Assembly: GCF_023055435.1 (NCBI RefSeq)
Contig: NW_025963779.1
Coordinates: 21,638,001-21,702,000, forward strand
Direction: 5' to 3'
Source of the DNA: Haliotis rufescens
Lineage: Eukaryota
DNA: 64,000 nucleotides
Below the pieces are notes generated by a model that ran no database searches, was not told where the DNA came from, and saw only the letters and a program-made list of their open reading frames with translations. Numbering within the stretch: the stretch's first letter is position 1; every line of letters begins with the position of its first letter. Made by a program: the position numbers and the translations under genes. This document shows positions 25,505-39,141 of the stretch, in pieces.

Positions 25505-26459
25505 GTTCATAACTAAAGGTAAACCTGGTTATCACGGTCGGGGTCCATCATGACATCGACGAGCTGTAGCCGTTGGACGAATGGATGTTATTTTACGCCG
25601 CAGCCAACAATATCCCATCAATATCACGACGACCTGCAATCAAGTCTGGCACAGCTGCACAAGGTACACCCGAGCCGACACACTAACAGGTCACACATTG
25701 TGATCACACGATGACACACCAAGCAGCGGGTCTCACATGGGGATAACATGAACCTAATTTTAGTCTTACCGACCCGCCACCTCACCGGAGATTTGTTTTG
25801 CACACTTTAAAAATAAGAACAAACTAACATTTCATAAACATGCATGCAATACCGCCTGTCAAATCTTTCTCTGTTTCTGTGTTATCTTGTAGAAGAGTCT
25901 GGAGTTCGTCGTATGCTCATCACACCATTTCCAACACTGACACATACGTTAGTTCTGGACTTGGAGGATGGGTATAACAATTACCAACCCAAACATTCAG
26001 GCGCGTTGGAGATGTAAGCAAACGCATCATTATCTAGCACAAACCATAACTCATCTCCAGCAAGCTGACAAATCCCCACATTCGTTAATGGCTGTTAAGA
26101 AGTTATTAACCCAGAAGGGCACACACTATCAGTTAGTGTTGTCGAAGTATCGGGAGTAGCAACACAGGGGATAGCTCAAGCCTGGGGTAGTGTTTCGGCA
26201 CAACACACACTGAACCATAAGTCTGGATTTCCTTGAGAATCAACACTTGCATGCTGTACTGATAAGGTTATTTAGTCAGCGTTATGTCACTTCCGGGTTC
26301 TGAAGTCTGCAGCCACTCGAGTCATTGGGTGCATTAACACCTGTGGATGAACCATTATTAATATCCAGTTGTGTTTATGTAATGTGTTTGATGTGAGCGT
26401 TCTGATCATGATGTTCCACCTTATGCCTGGCTTCATTAGAACATGTGTGCTTGGGTAGT

Positions 26460-26651
26460 NNNNNNNNNNNNNNNNNNNNNNNNNNNNNNNNNNNNNNNNN
26501 NNNNNNNNNNNNNNNNNNNNNNNNNNNNNNNNNNNNNNNNNNNNNNNNNNNNNNNNNNNNNNNNNNNNNNNNNNNNNNNNNNNNNNNNNNNNNNNNNNNN
26601 NNNNNNNNNNNNNNNNNNNNNNNNNNNNNNNNNNNNNNNNNNNNNNNNNNN
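26460..26651. other. Assembly gap
   Basis: Run of N. Confidence 1.
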
Positions 26652-27072
26652 TTATCATGGATAGCAAAAGATGAAATAGAATATCGCGAGACATTTCTAA
26701 AATATCTGATTTAAATCGTCAAAATACCTGAGTTAAATAAGTCATTATATCTAAATACGGCATGCCAAATACCATCCAAAAACCATCATTATGCCTGTAA
26801 AGCTACCGTAAATATATATTCCATAAATGTGGTCACGTCGACCTTAAGTTTGGTTATTACAGTGTGATTGCGTCTCTAGTACATACTGTGCGTGTAAGCG
26901 ATCTTTCGTAAACGCCGCCGGGAGGAAAGCACGACTACGCAGACAGGGATTGATTACCACGTGAGTGTAACCCAGAAACATGAGTATGGTGACGACAGAC
27001 TCCCTGGTATAATCGAGGTGTAACCACGACCTTTGGGTACCGCCACGGCAAAGAAACATTCACTCATGCCAA

Positions 27073-29365
27073 ATCTTACTACTCTACACAACCCTAATCT
27101 TACTCCTCTACACAACCCTTATCTTACTCCTCTACACAACCCTTATCTTACTCCTCTACACAACCCTTATCTTACTCCTCTACACAACCCTTATCTTACT
27201 CCTCTACATAACCCATATCTTACTCCTCTACACAACCCTTATCTTACTCCTCTACACAGCCCTTATCATACTCCTCTACACAACCCTTATCTTACTCCTC
27301 TACATAACCCATATCTTACTCCTCTACACAACTCTTATCTTACTCCTCTACACAACTCTTATCTTACTACTCTACACAACCCTTATCTTACTCCTCTACA
27401 CAACCCTTATCTTACTCCTCTACACAACCCTTATCTTACTCCTCTACACAACCCTTATCTTACTCCTCTACACAACCCTTATCTTACTCCTCTACACAAC
27501 CCTTATCTTACTCCTCTACACAACTCTTATCTTACTCCTCTACACAACCCTTATCTTACTCCTCTACATAACCCATATCTTACTCCTCTACACAACTCTT
27601 ATCTTACTCCTCTACACAACTCTTATCTTACTCCTCTACACAACCCGTATCTTACTCCTCTACACAACCCTTATCTTACTCCTCTACACAACTCTTATGT
27701 CACTCCTCCACACAACCCTTATGTTACTCCTCTACACAACCCTTATCTTACTCCTCTACACAGCCCTTACACAACCCTATCTTACTCCTCTACACAACCC
27801 TCATCATACTCCTCTACACAACCCTTATCTTACTCCTCTACACAGCCCTTATCTTACTTATCCACACAACCCTTATCTTACTCCTCTACACAGCCCTTAT
27901 CTTACTCCTCTACACAGCCCTTATCCTACTCATCTACACAACCCTTATCTTACTCCTCTACACAGCCCTTATCTTACTTATCCACACAGCCCTTATCTTA
28001 CTCCTCTACACAGCCCTTATCTTACTCCTCTACACAACCCTTATCTTACTACTCTACAAAACCCTCATCATACTCCTCTACACAACTCTTAACTTACTCC
28101 TCTACACAACCCTTATCTTACTCCTCTACACAACTCGTATCTTACTCCTCTAAACAAACCTTATCTTACTCCTCTACACAACCCTTATCTTACTACTCTA
28201 CACAACCCTCATCATACTCCTCTACACAACCCTTATCTTACTCCTCTACACAACCCTTATCTTACTCCTCTACACAACCCTTATCTTACTCCTCTACACA
28301 ACCCTTATCTTACTCCTCTACACAACCCTTTTCTTACTCCTCTACACAACTCTTATCTTACTCCTCTACACAACCCTTATCTTACTCCTCTACACAACCC
28401 TTATCTTACTCCTCTACACAGCCCTTATCTTACTCCTCTACACAACCCTTATCTTACTCCTCTACACAGCCCTTATCTTACTCCTTCACACAGCCCTTAT
28501 CTTACTACACTACACAGCCCTTATCTTACTCCTCTACACAGCCCTTATCTTACTCCTCTACACAGCCCTTATCTTACTCCTCTACACAACCCTTATCTTA
28601 CTCCTCTACACAACTCTTATCTTACTCACACACACAAGCCTTATCTTATTCCTCCACACAACTCTTATCTTACTCATACACACAAGCCTTAACTTACTCC
28701 TCTACACAGCCCTTTTCTTACTACTCTACACAGCCCTTATCTTACTCCTCTACACAACCCTTATCTTACTCCTCTACACAGCCCTTATCTTACTACTCTA
28801 CACAACCCTTATCTTACTCCTCTACACAACCCGTATCTTACTCCTCTACACAACCCTTATCTTACTCCTCTACACAACTCTTATCTTACTCACCTACACA
28901 ACCCTTATCTTACTGATCTACACTACTCTTATCTTACTCATCCACACAACCCTTATCTTACTCCTCTACACAACCCGTATCTTACTCCTCTACAGAACCC
29001 TTATCTTACTCCTCCACACAACCCTTATCTTACTCCTCTACACAACCCTTATCTTACTCATCCACAGAACCCTCATATTACTCATCCACACAACCCTCAT
29101 ATTACTCACCCACACAACCCTTATCTTACTCACCCACACAACCCTCATATTACTCACCAACACAACCCTCAACTTACTCATCCACACAATCCCCATATTA
29201 CTCACCCACACAAACCTCATATTACTCACCCACACAACTCTCATATTACTCACCCACACAACCCTCATATTACTCATCCACACAACCCTCATATTACTAA
29301 TCCACACAACCCTCATATTACTCACCTACACAACCGTCATATTTCTCATCCACAAAACTCTCATC
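27073..29365. repeat. Minisatellite, 24-bp unit TCTTACTCCTCTACACAACCCTTA, about 95 copies
   Basis: Direct tandem repeat with a nearly G-free strand; source of the 627-aa ORF. Confidence 0.98.
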
Positions 29366-30553
29366 CAGTTTGCAGCAGCTGAAGCTGTGTAGAGATGAAG
29401 CTCCACTCCCACCTGGCTACACGCCACACACGCCACACACCGGAGAAAAAGCTGTGCTTTTACATTCTGCGTCAATAGTGGTTTGTTATATCATGTTAGA
29501 TGCTAGTATTACAGGGACATCAGCGAGCAGGGAATTGACGGTGAAACACCAAGGACCATAATCGAGACGAAGTATCAGTGCATCCTGGCACGGGAAAGTG
29601 GCGCAACTCTGAACACAGAGCATCGGAACCTGAGACGACTTGACCACCATTGTGCCTTCTGCCTTACACGCTGATCACATCAATGCAAACCATATTAAAA
29701 TAATTTGAAGTGGTACAAACATTTTAAATAGCTCTAGCACAATAAATACTCTTAAAGAAAAACATTTGGTATATGAAGATCTACATTTGACGAAGGGGCA
29801 AACAGTACACCTTCGTCGATATACGACGGCATACAAATGGCATCCAACAGGTTACACTAAACTCAAGACAGAAAATATATATAGCATTTGAAGCGAGTAT
29901 GGTGGCGTCGGGTGGGGTTGGAGGTCCGGATTGGGGTCGGGTGGGGGTGCAGGGAGGCGCTGCTAGGGAGGGGTGAACGCTTTGAGGGGTCGGGCATGCT
30001 CAAACTATGACATAAATCAGTGAAGCAACAGGTCTGTATTTCTAATTTGCACTGAACCCGCAATTGACGAGTTCACAAAAATTGACTGGAATATGATAAT
30101 GAGGTCCGAATATGAAGCAATTGAAAGTATATTCTGCTATAAAGACGTGCTGCTCCACCATCTAGGTAATAGTAGCGTATACCTCCTCACTGGTGGGCCA
30201 ACACGGGCATCTGTACCCACGGCTCCGAGTAGAGTCACCCTACAATGAAATGGTGACAAATATGATTATTTCAGTTTCTGAAGGACGGTGTCTCCAACAA
30301 CATGGTGTGTAGCTCACGGCACAATCTACCCCTCACGACAACACGGCAACGGCAACGGCAATGCTGTGTGATCGTGTTATTGTAATATGTGGTACTGCTG
30401 CTAACATCATCAATATTTCGCTTTCGGCAATGGCTTACGTGTCACCCACTCGCTGTTTTTCGAGGTTATTCGGAAACTCTGCTTATCTGGAGATGCCTGG
30501 ACTGAACCTCAGTTACTTACTATCTCTGTGCGGGACATCGTTCCTTGTTTCCT

Positions 30554-30639
30554 GGGTGGTGGGCCTGGTGATTAAAGCGTTCGCTCGTCATGCTGAAGGC
30601 CGGGTTCGATTCCCCACATGGGTACAATGTGTGAGCCCT
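30554..30639 (+). mobile_element. SINE family A, head fragment
   Basis: AAAGCGTTCGCTCGTCA...GGGTTCGATTCCCCACATGGGTACAATGTGTGA. Confidence 0.8.
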
Positions 30640-31117
30640 ACTCACACATCTGTTAGTATCTACTTGGAAACTATACCGGAGATCTGCCCATTGCGCAGCG
30701 ACAGATTAAAGAACAAATGGTTACGCTATATATTACCGACATGTGCTGAAATGATCTCTTACAACCAAATCTGTTGTTAAACTTTACGCCTCTGAGCGCA
30801 GTTTTTCAGTCACCCCTGTGTTGGAGAAAAGCCCAAAATGACAGGCAAAACGCGTATCCTTTGGTAACAGTTGGGATGAAGATAACTGTCGAATCCTACA
30901 CAACACCTTAAGATGGCCATGTATCTCTGAAATAAAAGTGACAAACCCTTTCCATATTCATAAGAAGCCTCTGCTAAAAGCAGAGTTTATTATACGGTTC
31001 CGACTCTGTCATGAGCATATGTGTACGTACGGACTGTGGCGTTTTTCAGTCACCAAAGACACTCATACACATCTTAAGACATATATAACGGCAGAGACAC
31101 TTTCTCCTTCTACATGT

Positions 31118-31360
31118 GACCCGTGAAGATCCGGGGTAGAATAGGTCTTCAGCAAACCATGCTTGCCGTAAAAGGCGACTTTACTTGTCGTAAGAGGCGA
31201 CTAACGGGGTCGGGTGGTAGGGCTCGCTGACTTGGTTGAAGCATGTCATCGATCCCAATTGCGTTGATCGATGCTCATGACATCAATCACTGGATATCTG
31301 GTCCAGACTCGATTTTTTACAGACCGCCGTCCTTTAGCTGGAAAACAACAAATCAACCAA
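31118..31360 (+). mobile_element. Family B, intact 5' end
   Basis: Starts GACCCGTGAAGATCC; TSD TCCTTCTACATGT. Confidence 0.92.
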
Positions 31361-31431
31361 TCCTTCTACATGTCTTCTGCTATATATTTCTCTCAGTGTC
31401 TTGACCACAAATTTCAACTTCTGCGACTACA

Positions 31432-31768
31432 GACCGACTCCGTGGTCTAGTGGTAGAGCATCCGCCCGAAAAGCGGAAGGTCCGGGGTTCGATTCCCGGC
31501 CGCGTCATCTCAAAAGACGTTAAAAGATGGTTCTTGTTGTTACCCTGTCTGGCGCTCGGCATAAGGCACTAACACAAGGACTGGTCGCCTCATAGTCAGT
31601 ATACTGTGTCTGAGTGGGGTATATATGTTAAACTGCGGCATGGTATCTCAGTGAGCTAGAACTATAAAGTCCGGACTACTACAAACACCCACACCCACAC
31701 GTGCATGCACGTCGCTATATGAGTGCAATAATCTCTGACGCGACGTCAAACCAAATTTCACCTCACCT
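31432..31768 (+). mobile_element. SINE family D (tRNA head; central domain tentatively Meta/MESC-like)
   Basis: A box TGGTCTAGTGG, B box GGTTCGATTCC, GCGTCAT..CAAAAGACGTTAAAAGATGG core, (CACCT)n tail, TSD TGCGACTACA. Confidence 0.92.
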
Positions 31769-32892
31769 TTGCGACTACAGTGACCCAGGTGCCTTTCGTT
31801 CATATTACGCAACACAAAGCGAGTGAGACTATACTGCCCTTGACTCACGTATCAATTAGCCAGACGTAGCTAAGCTCCAAGTGCCAAATTACCGACTTAT
31901 ACGCTGCGAAAAGATTTACAAAGCGGTGAGGCCGCGGTGCCCCAACTCCGAACCTTGCAGGAGGACGCCAATCTGGTCACCTCATCACCAGCAGAAAAGA
32001 CACCTCCACGTGATACTGCCAGAACAGCCCCTGAGTGACAAATGGTAGCGTTAGATTGAATAACCAGTTGTTGCGACATTAACATGAGCAGCAGTTACAC
32101 CGAAGCAGTCGCTGTTCTGACGTAAGCAAGGTGTAAAACATTCACATAATTATTAAGTGGAGGATGAGGTGCTTGGTTCAGCGACATGCTTTGCTGTATG
32201 TTTTTTTGTGACTGGAAAATGTAGGCTAATGATACCGTATTCCCATAGATACCGTCACATGATAGGTGGTCTCAACTGTGTACTGCATAGTGAATGAGGG
32301 GATGTTGTTTTCCGTCGCGGACAGTAACGTTCAAGCGAAATCACGGCGGCCTGAAAATAATCGGTAAATCGGACTGAAAGTACTGTCACCAGCTGTGGAT
32401 ATAAATGACGTCCCATGCCCACTGGCACGACCCGATCCACAGTGTGTCTTTGTACGAACAACATTGCTGACATTTTTGTATTGCTTACACTGACTTTGAT
32501 GAAGGTGAAACAAAACGTTCAGTGTGTGTCGACGACGTTGATCGTTGCCGCCAACAGTTAATACAGGGCAAAATTATAGATCGCCATGTAATAATAGTAG
32601 TATTGCTGTATGTAGCGTGGACTAACGCTCACTCACTCACTGACACACACAAAAAGAATGCTTGACTCCAATACTCTGGTACAAAATGCCATTTTACATT
32701 CCGGTCAGATGAAACTACTCTTTAAAAACCAAGACGTCAAATCAAGAACATTTCAGGCAAGTAACCCGAGAATACCCAAAGAATCAAATTCTAATGATTC
32801 TTGTAACCATGTAATTACACCAGACTGCGCCCACAGATGCTGTGACCATGTCTCCTGGTGCCTCTGACAGTAGAACACTGTACGGTATGGGG

Positions 32893-33381
32893 TCATAGTA
32901 CTACCACACTGAAGGGCAATCTAAGGTTCTTTGGGACCTACGTAGACTGGAACCAAAGGGACGCAACTCTGCCCCGCGAATTGCGACGCCGTCATAGTAC
33001 TACCACACTGAAGGACAATCTAAGGTTCTTTGGGACCTACGTAGACTGGAACCAAAGGGACGCAACTCTGCCCCGCGAATTGCGACGCCGTCATAGTACT
33101 ACCACACTGAAGAACAATCTAAGGTTCTTTGGGACCTACGTAGACTGGAACCAAAGGGACGCAACTCTGCCCCGCGAATTGCGACGGCGTCATAGTAATA
33201 TCACACTGAAGGACAATCTAAGGTTCTTTGGGACCTACGTAGACTGGAACCAAAGGGACGCAACTCTGCCCCGCGAATTGCGACGGCGTCATAGTAATAT
33301 CACACTGAAGGACAATCTAAGGTTCTTTGGGACCTACGTAGACTGGAACCAAAGGGACGCAACTCTGCCCCGCGAATTGCG
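32893..33381. repeat. Tandem repeat, 99-bp unit, about 5 copies, containing SINE C head sequence
   Basis: The unit contains AAGGGACGCAACTCTGCCCCGCGAATTGCGACGCC. Confidence 0.95.
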
Positions 33382-34357
33382 ATGACGAAACCCCCGAGCC
33401 ACCATGTAAATATCTTGGTTCTTAATGCAAATAAACCTGCGAAACCCCATGGTGTATCTACATCATATTTATGAATATCGTTACCGTTCTTCAAAGTACA
33501 TTTGTATGTCGAATATGCCTTAATAATCAACTGTGAAAGTGATCTTTTACACCGTTTTCAGCAATATCCCAGCCACAAAGCGACCAAGAATGGGATAAAG
33601 TAAAGAGCCGTGAGAATTCGGGCTCTTTTATTACAAGGAAGATATTAGAAGATAACATAACGGCGACACATTATTGAATTCGGGTTACTTGCTGTCTGGC
33701 AAAGGTAAAAACATTGGACGATCTAAATTGTATATGTCGACAATGAAATGTTCATAGTTTCAATGTTTTTGCATAGCAGCCCACATTTCACTCTTCTTCA
33801 ACACCTTGGGCCTTCAATCTGAAGTACTGTATGTAGGCTGTTTGAAACTGCTCTTGAAGTAAATCGTGATAATATTATTTTAATTAATGTTCACCGAATA
33901 GAATAATTTAACCCCTGCTTTCCCCCCGGGCAATTGAGGGCGCCTGTGTTGTGACAGGTAGTTTTGTGACAAGCAGTTGTGTAACAAGTAGTACAGCATG
34001 ATGGTCTCAAAGAATTCTGCAGAGGATCAGTGTTTAACAGGAAGGCGTGGGGGTAGAGACACGTTCCGCGGGGGTGGTTGACTGCTCTTCTAGGGCATAT
34101 AATATGTACAAAAATGATAGTTTTACTGAAGGTCTGTTGAACGACTATGGTATGAAATGAAGCATCATTGAATCGTTATCCGAGTGTAGGTGGGGAAGGA
34201 AGTGCTACTTACCCAGCCTACATTGTGGCTTACTTTCTATTTATGTTGTGAAAAAATAACCATTGCTTAGATGGATCGGGTTTTGATATATCGTCAATTA
34301 ATTAATGTAAAAAGATCATTGGGTGATGTGTTGAAGTATTTATCCTAGTAAAAGGTT

Positions 34358-34677
34358 AGGTGAAATGGGGTTTAACGTCTCGTCCAAGATTATTGCACTT
34401 ATATAGCGACGTGCATGCTGTGGCTGCTTGTACTAGTCCGGACTGATGTTGATTTTATAGTGCCAGCCCACTCAGATACCATGCCGAGATTAATATAAAT
34501 ACCCTACTCAGACACACTTAGACTCAGAACCGGATAGCCCTTGTTTTATCCCCTAAATGCCTTGCGCCAGGCAGGGTAACAACTAGTACCATATTTTGTT
34601 TTGACGCGGCCGGGGATCAAACTCCGGCCTTTCCGCTCTCCGGGCGGACGCTCTACTACTAGACCACAGAGGCGGTC
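34358..34677 (-). mobile_element. SINE family D
   Basis: Full body; imperfect TSD TATCCT..TAAAAGG. Confidence 0.9.
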
Positions 34678-35001
34678 TATCCTGATAAAAGGCCGATGTA
34701 ATGTTCACCTAACGTGATGTGTCAGCCGCCAGGAAGGTGTTATCTAACGCTTGTGCCGTCACGTTGTATTTCTCTGGTTTATCGTTACGTTAATTTAGCA
34801 CGGATGTCATTACCTGAGAGTGAACTAGCGAATACTGTTATGTGTATTTTGGAGACACCCACGGGCAAACTAGAAGGTTAAGGATGTGAATGAGTTGGTG
34901 TCAAAGCCGCTGTGAACAGTTTTTAACACATGACGTGAGATATTGGTGTAGTTGGGTAATGCACCACCACCAACAGAAGTAATCTAACCGGCATACGCAC
35001 A

Positions 35002-35829
35002 CAACCAACATAAGACATATGAACAACAACATACATATAACCAAATAAGACATCTGGTCAACAAAGACTTCTAACCAACATAAGACATCTTATTTTAACT
35101 GACATAAAAAACTAACCAACGTAAGACAAATAATCAACATAAGACTTCTAACCAAATAAGACATCAAACCAAATAAGACATCTGATCAACATAGACTTCT
35201 AACCAACATAAGACATCTTATTTTAACTAACATAAGAAACTAACCAACGTAAGACAAATAATCAACATAAGACTTCTAACCAACATAAGACATCTAACCA
35301 AATAAGACATCAAACCAAATAAGACATCTGATCAACATAGACTTCTAACCAACATAAGACATCTTATTTTAACTAACATAAGAAACTAACCAACGTAAGA
35401 CAAATAATCAACATAAGACTTCTAACCAACATAAGACATCTAACCAAATAAGACATCTAACCAAATAAGACATCTGAACACATAAGACTCTAACCAACAT
35501 AAGAGCGAGTGAGTGAGTATGGTTGTACGCCGATTTTAGCAATATTCCAGCAATATCACGGCGGTCATAAGAAAAATTAAACATAACACTCTGACCAACA
35601 TAAGACATTTAACCAAATAATACATCTGACCAACTTAAGACACCTGATCAACATAAGACATCTGATCAACATAAGACATCTGACCAACATAAGACATCTG
35701 ACCAACATAAGACATCTGATCAACATAAGACATCTTACCAACATAAGACATCTGATCAATATAAGACACCCGTCCAACATAAGAACTCTGACCGACGAAA
35801 GACATCCAGCCAACATAAGACATCTAAAC
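35002..35829. repeat. Minisatellite, about 18-bp unit AACCAACATAAGACATCT, interrupted by a SINE A tail (35506-35565)
   Basis: Degenerate tandem repeat with higher-order blocks. Confidence 0.92.
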
Positions 35830-36924
35830 TACATGATCAGTCACCAACGTGAACTCTCTCACCGACATAAATACCTCATGAATTTCTGGAACTTAGACAA
35901 GGACACTTGCCAATATATACACAATGTTGGTTTAAGATCGGGCGACTCTCATTGCATCAGTACGTACAGGAATTAATGTTGTATACATATGCACTTTCAC
36001 AGCATATACATGTATGTCCCCCCCCCGAGTTAACACATATTTGGTGCAGCGACTGTTATCGATGTGTTTTTATGTGCCCGTGATTAGCAGAGTGCCCTTT
36101 ACCTGGTCTGCAAGCAGATGACATATGGTTGGTGTTTATTTGTGTAACAACGAGGCGTGTTCAATAACTCTCATCACGGAACGTGCTGTGAGAGTGCCTT
36201 AATTAACTAAAACACAGATAGCAAGGATAGATAAAACACATTTGCCTATTGCATGCTCAGTTTGTCAGATCTATCCTTAAGGAGATGGCAATTACACCAC
36301 GCAGAATAACACCATGGTTCTTAACAGCAAGATAACGGTATCTGGCACTTACTAGACGACGGATGGTTTTTACGTAAAGCGAGATCTTAAACAATATGTA
36401 TTGTGATTTTATACCCTTTAGACGAGAAGTGAATAATTTAAGACCCTTGACCGTGTTATAACGGAGCACAATATGAAATATTGAATATATATTTGCAACC
36501 GGTCCCAGAGCAGCTAACACGTCGCCCTGTAGTCTTTGACCTATACAATGAATTTGATATTGAAGAATTTGGCTGAAAATCGAATTCTCACAAAAAGTTT
36601 GTTCAGATTCCTTTCCGTCATGTGACCTTTAACATACATAACAGTGACTGATGTGGGTGATCTTTCACGAGTGATTATCTACAGACCAAATTTGAAAATG
36701 GATAGGTATGCCCAGAAACCGAAACCTTTGCAGAAACTATTTGTCTAGGATCCGTCAGTGACTTGACTTACCAAGGTTACCATCTGGTATCTGGCAGCTC
36801 CCCTTACAATAATGTTAGAGTGTGGTTGTTTTGTCGTTCAGTACATCACAACGAGTTAGCTTAATGTGAAGAAAAAAACACTTCACAGGGCACGTCTTCG
36901 ATGTTTTACTTCTTTGTCGAAACG

Positions 36925-37045
36925 CAAGAGGGAGGGTATGGTAATATCTGGATGAGACCTGGATTCGAACCAGCGACCATAGGATCCTGGCATGCCTTGT
37001 CTTCACAGCGAATTAAAGACGACTGGGCCACCCATGCCGCCCCCC
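36925..37045 (-). mobile_element. Old tRNA-headed SINE remnant related to family C
   Basis: GGATTCGAACC and GACGACTGGGCCACCC (B and A boxes on the minus strand). Confidence 0.6.
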
Positions 37046-37446
37046 CCCTCCTCCTCATGTATATTTGGAACCTATAGTTCTTGGAATACACTTGAAACAT
37101 GCTACGCTCATACAGCATGTTCCAAACACAGACGAGAATTAACACAAGTGTCCTGAAATGACGGTAGAATAAGAGGCTAAAACTCTTAACGGTTGCGATT
37201 TCAAGGAGAATCAGCTGTTGCACAAGCTGTTTGCGGTGTGCCTATATTTCCCTAATTATAAGGGATTCGTTAGTGGGCAGAGGGCCAGGGAAACTGAGTG
37301 ACGATCGCCATCCTTGTGAATAATGCATCAGCGAAGTGATGTCTAACATGTTACGACTTCATGTGTTATGATGGCATTTACTCTGCTATGGACAGTCAGG
37401 GGCAGACAACGGCAAACAACATGTACTGGTTAACTTCACCTGAATG

Positions 37447-37515
37447 TGTGAGTGAGTGAGTTTGGTTTAACGCCATTTTTAGCAATATTCCAGCAATATC
37501 ATGGCGGGGGACACC
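37447..37515 (-). mobile_element. SINE family A, 3' tail fragment
   Basis: (GTGA)n...AGCAATATTCCAGCAATATCATGGCGGGGGACACC. Confidence 0.85.
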
Positions 37516-37516
37516 T

Positions 37517-38321
37517 TGTGTAAGCATGTACAATGAGTTCGGCAGCTGATGGTGTAAGCATGTACTGTGAGATCAGCAGCTGATGGTGTGAGCATGTACT
37601 GTGAGATCAGCAGCTGATGGTGTAAGCATGTACTATTAAAAACAGCAGCTGATGGTGTAAGCATGTACTATGAGATTAGCAGCTGATGGTGTAAACATGT
37701 ACTATGAGATCAGCAGCTGATGGTGTAAGCATGTACTATGAGATCGGCAGCTGATGGTGTAAGCATGTACTATGAGATCGGCAGCTGGTGGTGTAAGCAT
37801 GTACAAGGAGATCAGCAGCTGATGGTGTGAGCATGCACAAGGAAATCGGCAGCTGATGGTGTGAACATGTACAAGGAGATCGACAGCTGATGGTGTAAGC
37901 ATGTTCAAGGAGATCGACAGCTGATGGTGTAAGCATGTACTATGAGATCGGCAGCTGATGGTGTGAGCATGTACTATGAGATCGACAGCTGGTGGCGTGA
38001 GCATGTACAAGGAGATCAGCAGCTGATGGTGTAAGCATGTACAAGGAGATCGCCAGCTGATGGTGTAAGCATGTACAAGGAGATCGGCAGCTGGTGGTGT
38101 AAGCATGTACAAGGAGATCGTCATCTGATTATGGCAGCATGTACTATGAGATCGACATATGATGGTGTACGCATGTACAAGGAGATCGGCAACTGATGGT
38201 GTGAGCATGTACAGGGAGATCGGGAGCTGATGGTGTGAGCATGTACTATGAGATCGACATCTGATGGTGTGAGCATGTACATGGAGATCGGCAGCTGATG
38301 GTGTGAGCATGTACTATGAGA
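37517..38321. repeat. Minisatellite, 34-bp unit, about 24 copies
   Basis: GGTGTAAGCATGTACTATGAGATCGGCAGCTGAT. Confidence 0.97.
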
Positions 38322-38447
38322 TACTAATAGATCCGGCATTTGTCCCTCTACATTATTCACTGTACCCAGTTTAGGAATCGACTCTGGGTATTCAGTGTGA
38401 GGTACCAGCGCCACCCCACCATCTCAAAACCACAGTCTGATAATCAG

Positions 38448-38612
38448 GGGGCGGTCGGGTAGCCTAGTGGTTAAAGTGTTCGCTCGTCACGCCGAAGACC
38501 CGGGTTCGATTCCCGACATGGGTACAATGTGTGAAGCCCATTTCTGGTGTCCCCCGCCGTGATATTGCTGGAATATTGCTAAAAGCGGCGTAAAACCATA
38601 CTCACTCACTCA
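38448..38612 (+). mobile_element. SINE family A, full length, young
   Basis: A box TAGCCTAGTGG, GTC anticodon-like loop, B box GGTTCGATTCC, (CACT)n tail, TSD CTGATAATCAG. Confidence 0.95.
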
Positions 38613-38805
38613 CTGATAATCAGTCTCAAAGTAGTATTCTCGGATAGTAGGGACAAGGTGTCATGCGTAGTACGCTTGGACAGGAGGACAATGTCAAAAG
38701 AGAATAGTTTTCTGATCAGAACTGTGTAACCAAGTCTGCCGTCATGTGGCATACCTGTGTGTGTGCCCTCCGTGGCCAGTTGCAGGTCCACAATCATGAA
38801 CGTTT

Positions 38806-39141
38806 GAACCTCAGCAAAAACAGTTGGAACTCATCAAGAACTGTTGGATCACACAAAAAGAACAATTGGACCTCAGCAAGAACAGTTGTTTTCTGCGAGA
38901 ACAACTAAATATTCACCAAAACAGCTGGGTCTCACCAAGAACTGTTAGATCGCAACAAGAACAATTGGCTATTAGCAAAAACAGTTGGATCTAAGTAAAA
39001 ATAGTTGGATCTAAGTAAAAACAGTTGGATCTAAGTAAAAATAGTTGGATCTAAGTAAAAACAGTTGGATCTAAGTAAAAACAGTTGGATCTAAGTAAAA
39101 ATAGTTGGATCTAAGTAAAAATAGTTGGACCTCACCAAGAA
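38806..39141. repeat. Minisatellite, 20-bp unit AACAGTTGGATCTAAGTAAA
   Basis: Homogeneous core at 38978-39129, degenerate to the left. Confidence 0.92.

Noticed and set aside
26287-26714. ORFs spanning N runs (also 52505-52887)
   Set aside because: Artefacts of assembly gaps.
27033-28916. 627-aa ORF (PYLTPLHN / LSYSSTQP repeats)
   Set aside because: It is the translation of a 24-bp minisatellite; the peptide changes at a phase slip, it starts at TTG, and it has no unique domain.
30361-30780. 139-aa ORF with a GPCR TM1-like start
   Set aside because: It runs through a SINE A fragment and shows no further GPCR motifs.
32858-33385. 175-aa repeat ORF
   Set aside because: A 99-bp unit derived from non-coding SINE sequence.
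38448-38520. tRNA-Asp gene (and similar heads in families C and D)
   Set aside because: No proper acceptor stem or oligo-T terminator; it continues into a SINE body and tail flanked by a TSD.
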